A stretch of 64,000 nt of DNA from contig NC_068985.1 of assembly GCF_001194135.2 (NCBI RefSeq), positions 19,233,215 to 19,297,214 on the forward strand. Reading direction: 5' to 3'. Every line of letters begins with the position of its first letter. Position 1 is the stretch's first letter. Both the position numbers and the translations under genes were made by a program. The stretch is from Octopus bimaculoides (Eukaryota). Shown here in pieces: positions 12,611-25,990 of this stretch. The notes beneath the pieces are model-generated. The model ran no database searches. It was given only the letters and a program-made list of their open reading frames with translations, and had not been told where the DNA came from.

Positions 12611-13256
12611 AAGTTATGAGAAGCTCTCTATATATGAAAGAGAACGTGCCTCTTTTCCAAAGTGCACGCGCTAAAACTCTCCATCATTTAGTAACACCCA
12701 ACAACTTTTTGTCCATTGAATCATATTGTGTACAAGCATACATTCGCAGAAATGCACAGACATACCCATCATGCAACTATATATCGATATATTTATGTAT
12801 ACAACAAAATAAAAGTATAAACAAGCAAGTAACTGGCATCAAGTCAGATTACAACATTTATATATTCAAACGTTGAGGGTGGAATTGAATGTTATAGTAA
12901 TCTAGATCACAAGAGATCGATATGAGATCAGTTGAGGAATGTTCATGGTGGTTATGGAATACACTAGTATTCTCCCGGAACAGATACGCGATAAGTCCGA
13001 AATATTCGCATTAGCTAAAGTTGGTCATCATAGAGACAATCCAAAGCTAGAAGAGGAGAAAGGAAGAAAAAAAATGCGCACATAATCTCTTACAGTTGCT
13101 ATAAGGATAGATGGCGTATTTCCTTGCATGATAATGCACAGATGGTGCATTTCCCTGCAAATGATCGGCGACCATCATAAGGGTTGTGATGTATTCCATC
13201 GTCTAAGAAAATATGCAAGCAAATATATATATATATATATATATACATATATATAT

Positions 13257-13299
<43 letters not shown>

Positions 13300-14218
13300 C
13301 ATACATACATATATATATATATATGCACAAACATTTATATACACACACACACACNNNNNNNNNNNNNNNNNNNNNNNNNNNNNNNNNNNNNNNNNNNNNN
13401 NNNNNNNNNNNNNNNNNNNNNNNNNNNNNNNNNNNNNNNNNNNNNNNNNNNNNNNNNNNNNNNNNNNNNNNNNNNNNNNNNNNNNNNNNNNNNNNNNNNN
13501 NNNNNNNNNNNNNNNNNNNNNNNNNNNNNNNNNNNNNNNNNNNNNNNNNNNNNNNNNNNNNNNNNNNNNNNNNNNNNNNNNNNNNNNNNNNNNNNNNNNN
13601 NNNNNNNNNNNNNNNNNNNNNNNNNNNNNNNNNNNNNNNNNNNNNNNNNNNNNNNNNNNNNNNNNNNNNNNNNNNNNNNNNNNNNNNNNNNNNNNNNNNN
13701 NNNNNNNNNNNNNNNNNNNNNNNNNNNNNNNNNNNNNNNNNNNNNNNNNNNNNNNNNNNNNNNNNNNNNNNNNNNNNNNNNNNNNNNNNNNNNNNNNNNN
13801 NNNNNNNNNNNNNNNNNNNNNNNNNNNNNNNNNNNNNNNNNNNNNNNNNNNNNNNNNNNNNNNNNNNNNNNNNNNNNNNNNNNNNNNNNNNNNNNNNNNN
13901 NNNNNNNNNNNNNNNNNNNNNNNNNNNNNNNNNNNNNNNNNNNNNNNNNNNNNNNNNNNNNNNNNNNNNNNNNNNNNNNNNNNNNNNNNNNNNNNNNNNN
14001 NNNNNNNNNNNNNNNNNNNNNNNNNNNNNNNNNNNNNNNNNNNNNNNNNNNNNNNNNNNNNNNNNNNNNNNNNNNNNNNNNNNNNNNNNNNNNNNNNNNN
14101 NNNNNNNNNNNNNNNNNNNNNNNNNNNNNNNNNNNNNNNNNNNNNNNNNNNNNNNNNNNNNNNNNNNNNNNNNNNNNNNNNNNNNNNNNNNNNNNNNNNN
14201 NNNNNNNNNNNNNNNNNN

Positions 14219-14258
<40 letters not shown>

Positions 14259-14998
14259 GCATACGCACATACATCTATATATACATGTATGTATACCTCT
14301 GTGTGTGTGAGAGAGAGTATGTATGTGTATGTATAAACATACGTGTGTGTCTGTGTGTGTTATTACAGCTGGAACATCTCCCTTTCACCGGCTGCCATGA
14401 CGACGAAGTCATACATCCGTATAACAAGACCAAGATTTTCCTTCCACCTGCTTGACACACCAACTCTAATAATTAGAACGAAGGGCGCGGAAAGATGATA
14501 ATTATAGGTCTAATAATGGATTTTATGACTATCTTACGAAAAAGAGAGGAACAAGGTAAATATTTTATGTAAAATCGCATGTCCTATAAAAGTGTTGGCA
14601 AGTTAGCATTCATCAACAGCAGTAATTCAATACATAGAGATATCTTAGCAGATAATTTATCTCAGTGGACGAGGAAGTTTAAATTTCGGTTCTTAAATTC
14701 CAACAAATAAATGACCCAAATCGCACTTTCACATATGTTCAGGATCACTTTAATCTCGAACAGATAAATATATTGACGAAACTTTCCTTGATTCGAATTC
14801 ATTGGAAGGAGAGTTTTTTTTTTTTTTTTAAGTGAAAGGGAAAAAAAGTTTAAAAGAGTATTTCGAATAAATACATACGTGATTAATAATATATAGGAGG
14901 AAATAAATGAAGAAACGTGTGAAATGTTAGTAGTAACGTTAACAAAATACATAAATGCTGTTCTGTAGAGCTAAAGGAATTCACATTTACTTTTTTAA

Positions 14999-15165
14999 GG
15001 AGTGGCTGTGTGGTAAGTAGCTTGCTTACGAACCACATGGTTCCGGGTTCAGTCCCACTGCGTGGCACCTTGGGCAAGTGTCTTCTACTAATAGCCTCAG
15101 GTCGACCAAAGCCTTATGAGTGGATTTGGTAGACGGAAACTGAAAGAAGTCCGTCGTATATATGT
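14999..15165 (+). mobile_element. tRNA-derived SINE, family B, near full length
   Basis: ggagtggctgtgtggtaag (A box)..ggttcagtccc (B-box-like)..ccttgggcaagtgtcttctact..gtagacggaaactgaaagaag, (TA)-rich tail. Confidence 0.9.
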
Positions 15166-16115
15166 ATATGTATATATATATATACATATATATATAGTTT
15201 TAGGGAAAATAACCAATTTTCAAGAACTCATCGATGAAAATCCACTAATTGGTTATTTTCCCTAAAACTATATATTTTATATATACTTTATCTATAAGGC
15301 TCAATTTAATTTTAATTTTTTATAAATTGATTTTAATTGAGTTTTTTNNNNNNNNNNNNNNNNNNNNNNNNNNNNNNNNNNNNNNNNNNNNNNNNNNNNN
15401 NNNNNNNNNNNNNNNNNNNNNNNNNNNNNNNNNNNNNNNNNNNNNNNNNNNNNNNNNNNNNNNNNNNNNNNNNNNNNNNNNNNNNNNNNNNNNNNNNNNN
15501 NNNNNNNNNNNNNNNNNNNNNNNNNNNNNNNNNNNNNNNNNNNNNNNNNNNNNNNNNNNNNNNNNNNNNNNNNNNNNNNNNNNNNNNNNNNNNNNNNNNN
15601 NNNNNNNNNNNNNNNNNNNNNNNNNNNNNNNNNNNNNNNNNNNNNNNNNNNNNNNNNNNNNNNNNNNNNNNNNNNNNNNNNNNNNNNNNNNNNNNNNNNN
15701 NNNNNNNNNNNNNNNNNNNNNNNNNNNNNNNNNNNNNNNNNNNNNNNNNNNNNNNNNNNNNNNNNNNNNNNNNNNNNNNNNNNNNNNNNNNNNNNNNNNN
15801 NNNNNNNNNNNNNNNNNNNNNNNNNNNNNNNNNNNNNNNNNNNNNNNNNNNNNNNNNNNNNNNNNNNNNNNNNNNNNNNNNNNNNNNNNNNNNNNNNNNN
15901 NNNNNNNNNNNNNNNNNNNNNNNNNNNNNNNNNNNNNNNNNNNNNNNNNNNNNNNNNNNNNNNNNNNNNNNNNNNNNNNNNNNNNNNNNNNNNNNNNNNN
16001 NNNNNNNNNNNNNNNNNNCTATTATTTATAGCTTTATCTACTTCGAGTTTCACCGTTAAAAACAATTTATTTCATTTACTTATTTATTCAAAAATTTATC
16101 TCAAAAAACAATATT

Positions 16116-16235
16116 CTATCTATCTATCTATCTATCTGTCTGTCTGTCTGTCTGTCTGTCTGCCTGTCTGTCTGTCTGTCTGTCTGCCTGCCTGCCTGTC
16201 TGTCTGTCTGTCTGCCTGTCTGTCTGTCTGTATGT
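16116..16235. repeat. (TCTA)/(TCTG)/(CCTG) compound tetranucleotide repeat
   Basis: Visible. Confidence 0.9.
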
Positions 16236-16239
16236 ATAT

Positions 16240-16590
16240 CACCATAATCGTCATCATGATCATTTGGTCGAGGTTGCTCGGACATTTTTAACCTGCGGAA
16301 ATCGTCCATCTTGGTACTGCATTAGCTGAAGGAGGTCTTCGAGGAGGCATCCAATGTTTCTGGTGAGTTGATTTATATAAATTGTGTTCGGACGACTTGT
16401 TCGAGTACAACCATTCTTTGGCATCCATAGCAGTGGATCACTTACATACAGAACTCAAATGACTGTAAATGAATTAGAGGGTGCTAAGTACCCCAAAATT
16501 CCAAGTTTAGTTTGGTTGAAACGTTTACAGTTATATTTTGCAGCATTCACTCTTTTGCTGGCTTCAATCATTGGACTGCGGTTACGCTGA
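16240..16590 (-). pseudogene. RTE-clade LINE 3' end
   Basis: Minus frame PLLWMPKNG.RTSRPNTIYINQLTRNIGCLLEDLLQLMQYQDG..VRATSTK* followed by a (GAT)-like tail. Confidence 0.7.
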
Positions 16591-16789
16591 GACACCAAAT
16601 TGAAGGGTTTTAGTCAATTACATCACCCTTAGCACTTACATTTTAAAGTCTGGTACTTATTCTATCGGTCTATTTTTGCCGAATCACTAACTTAGGGGGA
16701 CAAAACAAACCAACACCGGTTATCAAGTAATGAAACAAACGTAAGCATACACGCAAATATACATCGCACACGCACCTGCGCGCTACGGG

Positions 16790-16940
16790 CTTCTGCACAG
16801 TTTCTATCTACTAAATTCACTTGTAATACATTATTCGTTCTCTGGTTTTTAATAGTAGATACTTGCCCTAAATGTCGCGCAATGAGGTTGATCCCGAAAC
16901 CAAGTATTTGTGAACTAAACTTGTTAGCCACACAGCCATG
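16790..16940 (-). mobile_element. SINE family B (degenerate)
   Basis: Reverse-complement similarity to 14999-15160 (tacttgccc, ccacacagcca). Confidence 0.65.
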
Positions 16941-18362
16941 TCTGTGTCTGCATTTAGACTTTATATTTAGAATTTCAGTTTATATTTTTCCCGTTTACTA
17001 AGTATAGTTGATTTATTTTCCTGACACACCTAGCTACATCCCGCAGTACACCGAAACGCCAGGGGCGCACCGTTTGACCAGCAGCGTTTTAAAATCACAC
17101 AATATAGAGAGACATTCATACTAAGAGTTATTACAAGAGACATAAAAAAATGCTGTATTAATCATATACGAATGGCTGCAAACAAAAAAGAAAAAAAAAA
17201 GAAAAATACCACATGCAGATTAAGATTGTCGTAAACAAAGTGTCAGTGGTTGACTCACAGATGAGACGCATAACTTTCTTTTGGATGTTGCCCAACGCTC
17301 GAAAGCAATGGTGCCAAACTAAATAAACTGTCTTCACGGTTACTTTGTTTGATTCGCGCACTGTACATCAGTGTCTTCTCCAGTTACTGTAATAGCATAT
17401 CACTCAATGTAAAACAGCTCCTGTTGAGATTAAAGTCTTGCAAGTTCGTGTATATCTAAAAGTGTTAGAGATTATTCCCGAAGTGAAATGATAAAAGGAA
17501 AATAAATATTCTAAGCAAAAAGAAAGTAATATGATTTTCAATAATTAGCAGCATTCTGAAATTTTCGTCAAAGTTCAAAGATAATTGCCTAATAGGTTCC
17601 AGCAACAAACAGTTAGTAAACATTTGGATATATCACATCACAGTAGCTACGAACGGGTAGATTGATGTAAATAAATAAATCCACAGAATTTGATATATCA
17701 AACTAATATATTGTACGCACACACATGCACACGTAACTATGATACACGTGTATAGGAATCTATCAACGTCATCGCAGATTCACATATTTGACTACAAATG
17801 TTTGCCGTAATATGTATATAGATATGTACAAATACCACTACGCGTTTTAATATAACAATGGTTGGCAAAATGTTACATATTTGCTTGCAAACGATCAGTT
17901 AATAAGTGCAAACAAGAATATTTGCTTTATTTACAAACATGAAAAGATTAAAAAGAAACACACCTTTGAGTAATTGTTTTATTCCCTTCATTCCATTCTG
18001 CGATCACATAGACCAGATGCATGTTTCAGATCATTTCTGTTATTTCTTATTCCAGTTTGCCCGGTGTTGTAACTACCAGCTGTATATTGCTTATGTCAGA
18101 TTAGATCCGTGGGGAGTGAGGAACCTCGCTTGAGGGTCAAATTTCGACTGTACTCCAATTTGAAACCGCTCACTAAAAAAAAAAAAAAAAAAATTCAGTA
18201 TGAAAAATAAATAAAATAAAATCATTTTCGGTGGTAAGGAATTCAATGCCCCCTCATACATGCGCACATACTCGAAATCACACCCGACAAAATTTGAAAA
18301 CCTGAAAGCTTAATTTTACCCAGTAGTCATAGGCACCATTCGAAAACGACTATGACCTAGCA

Positions 18363-18600
18363 CAGTGGTTCTCAACTATTTTTTGCTTATGGACTCTTTT
18401 GATTCCAATTTTACTCAGATGGACTCTCATAGTCATTTGATGCTAAAAATTCCCATTATATTTTTATAATTAAATATTATTAGGTATTGTATAAAAAAAA
18501 ATTGTTAAAATATTTTGTGTATTGTAAAAGTTATAACCAGTTAATTGCACCTAAATTTTAACCACAATATCTTATGCGGAGCCCAGTTGAAAACAAATAG
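18363..18600. mobile_element. hAT/Charlie-like MITE (degenerate right end)
   Basis: Starts cagtggttctcaac; ends with degenerate gttgaaaacaaatag. Confidence 0.45.
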
Positions 18601-19129
18601 CTAATGCCACGTTTTGTTTAATTGTTTTAGGCATTCTATGTAGTTGTGAGCAGACGTAAAATATTGTCTTTCTTCTCACCATTGAGCTAGTGGAACATCG
18701 AAGATGTGACAGCTGGGGAGAGAGAGAGAGAGAGAGATAGAGAGAGATGCATTAGTAGATCGGTTGGTATCCATTTTTCAGCTGTGCAAACTGGGGCAAG
18801 GTGAAATGAAGTACCTGCGCTGCCCAATCCAGAAATCAAAGCGACCACCTTACGATCACGAGCCCAAAATCCTAACCACAAGTTCACGTGCCTTCTGTAC
18901 ATTTTATCCACCCACAATAACGTAAAATTTAAGGAAAATAACTCAGAACCAATCCAGTACCGGGGTTGATGATTTCGACTAACCGCTCCCTTTAAAAATT
19001 GCTAGCCCTTTCCCCTTATTAAAATCCACAATTAACGTCGTAGTTATTAATTTATTTTACTTAAAGTTCACGCACTCATCCCAAACCTGTCTGTAACTTT
19101 AATGTAGTTTTGAAATTTAAAAGTTTTAC

Positions 19130-19500
19130 GTTTGAGTGGTTACGAAGCTCCCTATGTAACATCGAGTTTCGGATTCAGCTCCACACTGCGCAGCACTTTG
19201 GGCAATTGTCTTCTACTATAGCCGCGTACAGACCAATGTCTTGTGAATGAATCTGAAGATGGAAACTGTGTGGAAGACCGTCCTATATGTGTAGTGTGTA
19301 TGTGTGCGTCCCCTCCCAACTGCATGACAACGGGTGTTATTTTATTTACGTTCCCGCAAAGTAGCGGTTCGTAAAAAAAAGATCAATAGTCCAAGTACCA
19401 GAGATTAAAATAAATATTGTGGGTTGATCTGCTCGACTAAAATCCTTCGAGGCGGAGTCTCCGTATAGCTGCAGTCTAATGACTGAAACAAGTAGAAGAT
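19130..19500 (+). mobile_element. SINE family B, long form with 3' tail module
   Basis: ctttgggcaattgtcttctactatagcc..ggaaactg, then tgacaacgg..gtagcggttcg..aatgactgaaacaagt. Confidence 0.7.
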
Positions 19501-19544
19501 AGAAGATATGTATTTCTATCGCTGGAATCTTCATTTACATACAG

Positions 19545-21270
19545 AATTTCCCGCGAAGGTAGGTAGCCACTCTGTTATGTGTTTCGATATATTCTGAAGT
19601 GGTGGCCTGATGAGACAGTCAGCCAGGGTGTGAGTAAGATCTCATTAAACTGACAACGCTTGAAGCATTTAGGATTGACATTTTTGTCCTGAGCATAATT
19701 ACCAGGTCTTCAGTTTCTCCTTTTATTCGAGAGTTTTGGGACCATATCGAGTTCTGTTGATTTAACTCCAATATTCTGTTCATTTCTTCAGGGTTTTTAT
19801 TTTTGTTTTCTTCTTACCTTTTTTGTTCAACATTTGTTTTTGTCTATAACATCTGGTGTGTTTTGTGTGTTTAAAACTGTGTTTGTGATTTTTGAAGGGT
19901 GTGTTGTTAGAGTACCCTATTTCTGCTAAATATTTCTCTGCTTTGTTGTGTATTAAACCCGCTTTATTTGTTCTGTGCTACCATGTTTGTAATAAGGTCC
20001 CTCACTTTTTATGGAGGTCAGTTCCAGTTCAACTGCAGACTAATTATAGACCATATCTATTTCCACAAACTCGCAATCTGATTCGGGATGTAAATGCGCT
20101 AACGGCTTTTGTGTTTTGTAATCTAAATTTTAGAACAGTTTTAAATATTTTCATGTCAATTTCTTTTATTTCCTACAGACTGTGCTAGATTAATCATTAA
20201 TTAAAATAAGCACACGCTCAGGGCATCAAATGAAGAGGGGAGAACACAGAAATGGCAAATGATTTACGGCACAAAAGAAATCGCTTTAAACATGCTAAAA
20301 TAAAATTCAGGATGCCTTTATCTCTACTAAGTATAGAAGCAGATGTGTTAGTAAGATTAATTTTGAGGATCCGATCAAAGACTTGGTAATTAAAAATAAG
20401 TAGGAGAAAGCTTTTCGAATGTAAATGAAGTGGAAGTAGGCAAAAATTATTTTCAGTCTTACTGTTAGTTTTGTTTCATTTTGAAAAACAAATATATTTT
20501 ATGGTTTATTGTTGTTTATATTTTGAATTACATATATATAAAGGTACCAAAATCTTTTAAGTGCTTAGAACTCAGTATAAAGCTATATCCATACCACATA
20601 AATGTTACTTTATTTATTAATGGCTGTTTTTACATCCATAAGAGCCTCATCTATAATAAGGTTATTCGGATTTAGATATTGATAGAGCCATTTACTTTTA
20701 GTGTTACTGTTAGGGTTTCGCAAAAGCTAGGAAGAAATGATTGACCGAGTTGCGAGCTACTCATTTCTCTATATTTTTAAAGAAAGGATTGTTTATTTTT
20801 GTGCCAGTTATTCCGGTGTTTGAGATGGGCATCTTACTTTATTTAAATATTGTCATATGTGTGTGCAAGACATCCAGATGCTTAATTCAGAAATGTTGAA
20901 CTTTATGTAATGCAGACGACTTCCAGATGGCTCTCCCTTGCATGTCTTCTATAACATATTTTTTCCTGAAATACCTGTCTATTACTGCAGTAGTATATGG
21001 TTCAATTTTTTTGTTCCATGGATTACTTTATTTCTTATAATAATTTTTTACTTTCCATAGATTTTATATTTAAAAAAAATATGTTTGTCTGAATATTCTC
21101 CACATTTGTGATGTGTTCTTTATTAATATAAAAGGTATTTTTAGTTTATTTTCTTATAAGATTTTCACTTCACTGAATAGTTTGAATATCTCAAAATCAA
21201 AACAAAAAGAAAGAAGGAAAGAAATATGTTTTCTCCGTATTTTGGCTTCCTTCTCTTGAATTAATCTTTT
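19545..21270 (-). pseudogene. Highly degraded Dong/R4-clade retrotransposon (RT to zinc knuckle)
   Basis: Minus-strand remnants AIWKSS.LHKVQHF*IKHL, MVWI-like, EIKEIDMK, KGETEDL and SEYIETHNRVATYL in the expected order. Confidence 0.55.
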
Positions 21271-21494
21271 GTAACAAGTCAACAGTTAATCTGCAACGCG
21301 ATCACATGAGCGGTGCAAACGTAATTTTGCAATGGCCGTTTTCAAAATAAAATTGAACAATCCTTATCTTTTTTCTGTATTTCTCCATTCTTAACAATGA
21401 AAATTCTCCCAAATTTTTGTTAAGTACATGTAAAAAACAAAAGATGCTATACTTTGAAAAGTCATTTAAATTTTAAAATGGAAAGTAAATTTTG

Positions 21495-21680
21495 CGTCAC
21501 TCTGTAGAAATAACGGCTAAATCTCCTTCAAATCACGTTATCTTAAAGAAGGACGTATTCGATAACGTATTTCTATATTATGTCTATGTCTGATAAAATT
21601 GATAGAGTGACCAGTGCTAGAATACTTCTGAATTAAAATATGATCTACCATGATTGATCTGTAACTAAAAGACTAGGGCC
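21495..21680 (+). mobile_element. SINE-like repeat, family D
   Basis: tagaaataacggctaaatctccttcaaatcac. Confidence 0.55.
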
Positions 21681-22149
21681 GGGTAAAACCCAGTAATGGA
21701 TTTTCAGGTACGCCATGCTATTATTCTTTCTCTCCTTAAAAAAACAACAAAAAACAAAAAAAACTGTCTTCATTATGGTACCCATGACCTTATTAAAGTA
21801 AGTAGGAGAAAAATCGTTTTAACTGACAATATACAGTATACTTATATATAAACCGTTGTAAAATAATGCGGTAACTTTTCGGAGAACTTTTGTTTTTCTT
21901 TACATATGTGGATAAAGAAGAGTCATTCGACAGAAAAATCAGAGGAAATAAAAAAAAGGTATTATCGACAAAAGATACCGAAAGGAAGGTAAGAAATTAA
22001 AACTAGAAGACAAAGAGGGGACAATTCTAGAGTCTCAGTATTAACGAAAGCAACTGAAAAAAAAAAGAAGATATATTGCAGTTCTACTGCGAAGTTTAAG
22101 AGATTTAAATAAGAGATTTGAAGTGGATTAAATATTCCAATGCGAAACA

Positions 22150-22510
22150 AGCATTGTTGTAAGGTTAGCGAGCTGGCTTTGCAGCCTTGTGGTTTCGGAT
22201 TCAGTTCCACTGCGTGGTACCTTGGGCAAGTGTCTTCTATCATAACCCCGAGCTGTATGAGTGTTTTTGAGTTTGTGTTTGTCTCTCTCCCCACCATCAC
22301 CACCACCCCTACCACCACCACCACCACCACCATCACTTGACAACAGTTGTTCTTTTTCACGTTTCCGTAGCATAACAGTTCGGCAAAAAAAAAGCGATGT
22401 AAGTGTAAGACTTCAATAAAATAAGTACTGGGGTCGATTTCTTCGACTAAACCCTTCAAAGTGGTGCCCCAGCATGATCGTACTCCAATGGCTGAAACAT
22501 ATAAAAGATA
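22150..22510 (+). mobile_element. SINE family B, long form with (CCA)n insertion
   Basis: ttcagttccactgcgtggtaccttgggcaagtgtcttc..aataagtactggggtcgatt..aatggctgaaac. Confidence 0.75.
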
Positions 22511-22554
22511 AAAAGTATAACCACTTTATATGACTGCGTAATTGGTTTCGATTT

Positions 22555-22757
22555 TTTAGAAAAGGGCCAGCAATGTTTAGGAGTGGAATATGTTGATTAC
22601 ATCGACTTCAGTGTTCAACTGGTACTTATTTTATTGACCCCGAAAGAATGAAAGGAAAAGTCGACTTCGGCATAATTTGAACTCAGAACATAAAGACGTT
22701 CGAAATTCCGCTAAGCATTTTGTCCGACACGCTAACGAATCTGCCAGCTGCCGCCAT
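22555..22757 (-). mobile_element. SINE family A
   Basis: Reverse complement of the family A core. Confidence 0.85.
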
Positions 22758-24270
22758 ATATGACTGCGTAATTGCATGTAACGTTGTTACAAATGTGAAC
22801 ACTATAGAAAACATGTCATTATGTTAAGAATCACCTTCAGTTTGGTACCACTCTGTCAATCCGTTTTGTGCGCTTACAGTTTCCAAAATCAAATGGCTTT
22901 CACTGTAACGACCACTAAATCTCAATGTTAACTATTAAATAGAATAGGACTATTCTTCCCAGATTATATATTTATTCATGAACAGTTGTACGTTGCTCTG
23001 TCAAGAACTACACGATATGTTGCATAGATGATAACAATGTCGGAGGTCAAAAAAAAAAGACCATCAACAGTAAGTGTACCGAAATTTTCAAATATCAAAA
23101 TTTTCTCCTTAACTTTTACATCATCTGGATACTCGCTTCAGATAAATTTACACATGCTCGCGCTCACTTATAACAAAGTAAGGGTATCATGTTTATTCTT
23201 TGATTACATTCGTTTCAATAACATATGGGGTAAAAAATAATTTAATAACCAACCTGGAAAACATGAAAGTAAGCAATGATTATATAATATTGTATATAAC
23301 ATAAAACTTAATCATTTTATAAAGATCGCATGAAAGAAAATTTCATTCATCTCTGCTTCTACTGAAACATTGTCCCTTTCTATTCGTTCTGTTAGCGGGG
23401 AGCGAACCACATGGATTCGCGGATTCCTTTTTATTTACACACTCACACACGCATGAATATATATATATATATAAACATACACGCATATGTATATTTTATA
23501 TATATATATATGAAGAAATAGAAGAAATATTTCCTTTAAAATTATTAACTACTGAAAAAATAAAATCTTAGAAAACCAGAATGACACGTGTCAAACAATA
23601 TATCTCGGAATATTTCAGGCATAGGATTCTTCCTTTGGTTTTCTTTAGGGCGGAATCCATGGTGAGGGAGTGAATGTTAATATAATTTTTAAATTGAAAT
23701 TTACTCAAGTAAAATAATTGCTTTAATATTTGTGTATTTTTTTTTTAAATTTAGGATTACTTTATAACATATTTCAACCTTAATCTACCCAGGAAACGAG
23801 AACATTTTATTTTGTTTCTATAAACTTATAATGCTATTTTGGTGTTTTTGTCTTAGATTTTCGCTATTATCGCTGTATCTGTTCCCCAGATTAGTTTTTC
23901 TTGTTTTCTCAGGGATTTCGTTTCTCTTAAGAGTTTATTTACTGCACATACTTTGGCATACATTAGTTATTTCTCACTGTAATTTATTATAAGGTTATTT
24001 TTAATGCTTGATTAAGATACTTGATAAGGTCTATTTTTTAAAATGCTATCTTGATGATTTCTGTGATGCGTCTTTAATTTGCTTTAATTTGTTTATTTAA
24101 CGTTTTGTTTTATTTTCTCTAGTAAGCATCTAGCCTCGTTTACCACGAGGGTTGATTAAAAGAATTTGATAAGTGAATCATCCCCATGCACTTTATAGAT
24201 GGAATGCATGGTAGATTCATTGACACCAAAATTGCAACTCACAGCATATCTATATGTACATATATCTATA

Positions 24271-24327
<57 letters not shown>

Positions 24328-25162
24328 NNNNNNNNNNNNNNNNNNNNNNNNNNNNNNNNNNNNNNNNNNNNNNNNNNNNNNNNNNNNNNNNNNNNNNNNN
24401 NNNNNNNNNNNNNNNNNNNNNNNNNNNNNNNNNNNNNNNNNNNNNNNNNNNNNNNNNNNNNNNNNNNNNNNNNNNNNNNNNNNNNNNNNNNNNNNNNNNN
24501 NNNNNNNNNNNNNNNNNNNNNNNNNNNNNNNNNNNNNNNNNNNNNNNNNNNNNNNNNNNNNNNNNNNNNNNNNNNNNNNNNNNNNNNNNNNNNNNNNNNN
24601 NNNNNNNNNNNNNNNNNNNNNNNNNNNNNNNNNNNNNNNNNNNNNNNNNNNNNNNNNNNNNNNNNNNNNNNNNNNNNNNNNNNNNNNNNNNNNNNNNNNN
24701 NNNNNNNNNNNNNNNNNNNNNNNNNNNNNNNNNNNNNNNNNNNNNNNNNNNNNNNNNNNNNNNNNNNNNNNNNNNNNNNNNNNNNNNNNNNNNNNNNNNN
24801 NNNNNNNNNNNNNNNNNNNNNNNNNNNNNNNNNNNNNNNNNNNNNNNNNNNNNNNNNNNNNNNNNNNNNNNNNNNNNGAAAAGGAACACTCGAGTTGATA
24901 CGTATAAGGAAAATTAGTCAAGGTTGAAAATGCTAAATTAATTTTATCATAAAAAACATTTTGGTACCGGTTTCAGTCATTGAGACTTTTTCAATTGTAA
25001 GTATGGAAAACAATTAAATTTTGGAAAAATTAAATGAAAAGTTTTTAAAAAGAATATTTGCATAGTATTCAAATACAAGGGGCATCTTCCTTGTTTCTGC
25101 CTGTCTCTGCCTCTCTTTTTTACTATTGTGGGTTCGAGGTCGTTGTGAATTCTTGGCAGAGA

Positions 25163-25241
25163 GGAAGAAGAAGAAGAAGAAGAAGAAGAAGAAGAAGAAG
25201 AAGAAGAAGAAGAAGAAGAAGAAGAAGAAGAAGAAGAAGAA
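25163..25241. repeat. (GAA)n microsatellite
   Basis: Visible. Confidence 0.97.
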
Positions 25242-25249
25242 AAGAATAC

Positions 25250-25640
25250 GGGAGTGGTATGATAGTAGCAGGATGTTAACTGGTCAAGTGCCCTGAAAGT
25301 GACTTGTTGTGGATGGTAGTAGCGATTGAATTTTTGGTGTATCTCTTTTGAATGTATTGTTTTTAATATTTGTGTGGGTGTTATTCTAAGCAGCAGTAGT
25401 AGTAAAGGAAGGAGGTGGCGGAGAGGAAGAAGAAGACGAAGAAGGAGAAGAAGAGAAAGAATAATAAAAGAATGCCGGAGTCGTATGATAGTAGTAGGGT
25501 GTTAAATGGTCAAGTGACCTAAAAGTGGCTCGTTGTGGATTATAGTAGTGATGGGACTATTTTTAACGAATTCTTGGGTATCTCTTTTGAGTGAATCATT
25601 TTTAATATTTGTGTGTGTGCTATTCTAAGGCCGTGGTGGA
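25250..25640 (-). repeat. Two degenerate ~150-bp direct repeats downstream of the Penelope endonuclease (pLTR-like)
   Basis: ggagtggtatgatagtagcaggatgttaactggtcaagtg..tattctaag (25250-25390) vs ggagtcgtatgatagtagtagggtgttaaatggtcaagtg..tattctaag (25477-25630). Confidence 0.65.
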
Positions 25641-25990
25641 TATGTCATTTGTTGTAGATGTGTTCAAAAGGGGTCTGTATTTTATGATAAAGAACGACTC
25701 TACTAATTCGTTGGCTACAGGTTGTATCGTCCCTGAATTGATAGAGAGGAACAATTCTGAAACTTGGATTTTTGTTATTGGCGCAAATGTCGATGTATTG
25801 GCTGAATGCTGTTCTTCTGTTTTTCGGGATTTTGATCTGGGATCTGTGCAGAGACATCCTTTGACGTAGACTGTTTTTGTTTGGCTTATGTATTGCTTTT
25901 GACACCCAGAGCAGGTTAGTGCGTATATCAGGTTCCCCGAAGCACGTGTGAAGCTTCTTTTCATTGTGAAACGTTGTCCCTGCTTGAAGG
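25620..25990 (-). pseudogene. Penelope-like GIY-YIG endonuclease fragment
   Basis: FKQGQRFTMKRSFTRASGNLIYALTCSGCQKQYISQT, frameshift, SLRQRMSLHRSQI..FFIIKYRPLLN. Confidence 0.85.

Noticed and set aside
14999-15070. tRNA gene
   Set aside because: A- and B-box-like motifs are present, but I could not fold a cloverleaf and the sequence continues into a SINE body.
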